A stretch of 20,520 bases of DNA, from positions 26,695,537 through 26,716,056 of the forward strand of contig NC_057719.1 in the NCBI RefSeq assembly GCF_004010195.1, in the 5' to 3' direction. Position 1 is the first letter of the stretch. Each line of letters opens with the position of its first letter. Below the pieces are notes generated by a model, which saw nothing but the letters and a program-made list of their open reading frames with translations, had not been told where the DNA came from and searched no databases. Source of the stretch: Chiloscyllium plagiosum (Eukaryota). Position numbers and translations under genes: made by a program. This document shows, piece by piece, positions 19,403 through 20,520 of the stretch.

Positions 19403-20520
19403 TTGAACATAGAACATTAAAAAGTACAGCACAGAACAGGCCCTTTGGCCCACGATGTTGTGCCGATTAATCCTAATGTAAAATAAAATAACTTAACCTA
19501 TGCACCCCTCAATTCACTGCTATCCATGTGCATGTCCAGCAGCCGCTTAAATGTTCCTTATGACTCTGCTTCCACCACCACTGCTGGCAACGCATCCCAT
19601 GCATTCACAACTCTCTGTTTAAAGAACCTTTCTGACGTCCCCTCTATACCTATCTCCTAATATCTTAAAACTATGACCACTCGTACCAGTCAATCCTGCC
19701 CTGGGGAAAAGTCTCTAGCTATTGACTCTATCCATTCCTCTCATTATCTTGTATACCTTGATCAGGTCACCTCTCTTCCTCCTTCTCAGGAGTGGAGCTT
19801 AGTCAGAGCTTAGTCAACCTTTCTTCATAAGGCAAGTCCTCCAGTCCAGGCAGCATCCTGGTAAACCTTCTTTGCACCCTCTCCAAAGCCTCTGTATCTT
19901 TCCTATAGTAGGCCGACCAGAACTGGACACAATATTCCAAGTGTGGTCTCACCAGGGATTTGTAGAGCTGCAGCAAAACCTCGCGGCTCTTAAACTCAAT
20001 CCCTCTGTTAATGAAAGCCAAAACGCCATATACCTTCTTAACAACCCTATCCACTTGGGTGGCAACTTTGAGGGATCTATATACTTGAACACCAAGATCC
20101 CTCTGTTCCTCCACACTGCCAAGAATCCTGTCTTTAATCCTATATTCTGCATTCGAGTTCGACCTTCCAAAATGCATCACTTCGCATTTATCCAGGTTGA
20201 ACTCCATCTGCCATTTCTCAGCCCAGCTCTCCATCATGTCTATGTCGCACTGCAGCCTGCAGTTGCCCTCTATACTATCAATGGCATCTCCAACCTTTGT
20301 GTCATCTGCAAATTTACTAACCCACCCCTCAACCTCCTCATTCAAGTCATTTATAAAAACTACAAAGAGCAGAGGCCCAAAAACAGAGCCCACTCAACAA
20401 TAACCTCCAGGCAGAATACTTTCCATCTATAATCACTCTCTGCCTTCTGTCAGCCAAATAGCCAAATCTCCCTGTATCCCATACTTCCTGACTTTATGAA
20501 TGAGCCTACCATGGGGAACC
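19396..20520 (-). mobile_element. Relatively young CR1 LINE (RT domain to 3' tail), continuing off the right edge
   Basis: ORF 19803-20393 reads GSVFGPLLFVVFINDL..VSKFADDTKVG..WQMEFNLDKCEVMHFG..DLGV..YKSLVRPHLEYCVQFWS..LERVQRRFTRMLPGL. 3' UTR ACAGAACAGGCCCTTTGGCCCAC and (CATAGAA)n tail at ~19396-19420. Confidence 0.96.
19803..20393 (-). pseudogene. CR1 ORF2 reverse transcriptase fragment (196 aa open, disrupted on both sides)
   Basis: The FADD catalytic motif is intact. The frame ends at an 11-bp tandem duplication (19795-19816). Confidence 0.9.

Noticed and set aside
19872..20432. 186-aa plus-strand ORF, and similar ORFs at 8226-8881 and 13569-13922
   Set aside because: These are antisense shadows of CR1 ORF2 and its UTR.
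1..20520. CRISPR arrays, operons or prokaryotic defence/RT systems
   Set aside because: There are no regularly spaced repeats or gene-dense organisation. All RT, integrase and nuclease motifs are explained by eukaryotic retroelements.

Overview
This is AT-rich eukaryotic DNA with no supportable host protein-coding exon, rRNA, tRNA or CRISPR array. It is almost certainly from a cartilaginous fish (shark/ray), inferred from HE1-type V-SINEs and shark-type CR1 and Penelope repeats, and most of the window is layered, decayed transposable-element sequence. (1) A degenerate Ty3/gypsy LTR retrotransposon with integrase before reverse transcriptase (Gmr1-like order) runs from the left edge to an apparent 3' LTR ending at 5174. 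It carries three nested insertions: a TA-flanked MITE, a minus-strand Penelope-like element with a 10-bp TSD that spans a 699-N assembly gap, and a solo Penelope pseudo-LTR with a minimal hammerhead ribozyme core. (2) A second, internally deleted Gmr1-like element (about 15704-18870) has a clean 685-bp solo LTR inserted in its integrase GPY motif. (3) There are several CR1 LINE fragments, two inverted HE1 SINE copies and a DeuSINE-like remnant. The least explained signals are a ~130-bp inverted repeat pair about 2.5 kb apart (6630-6758 / 9292-9421) and an X-box-like palindrome in a repeat-poor stretch. I found no convincing previously undescribed system. Family names come from motif recognition by eye, not database searches, and most boundaries are approximate.
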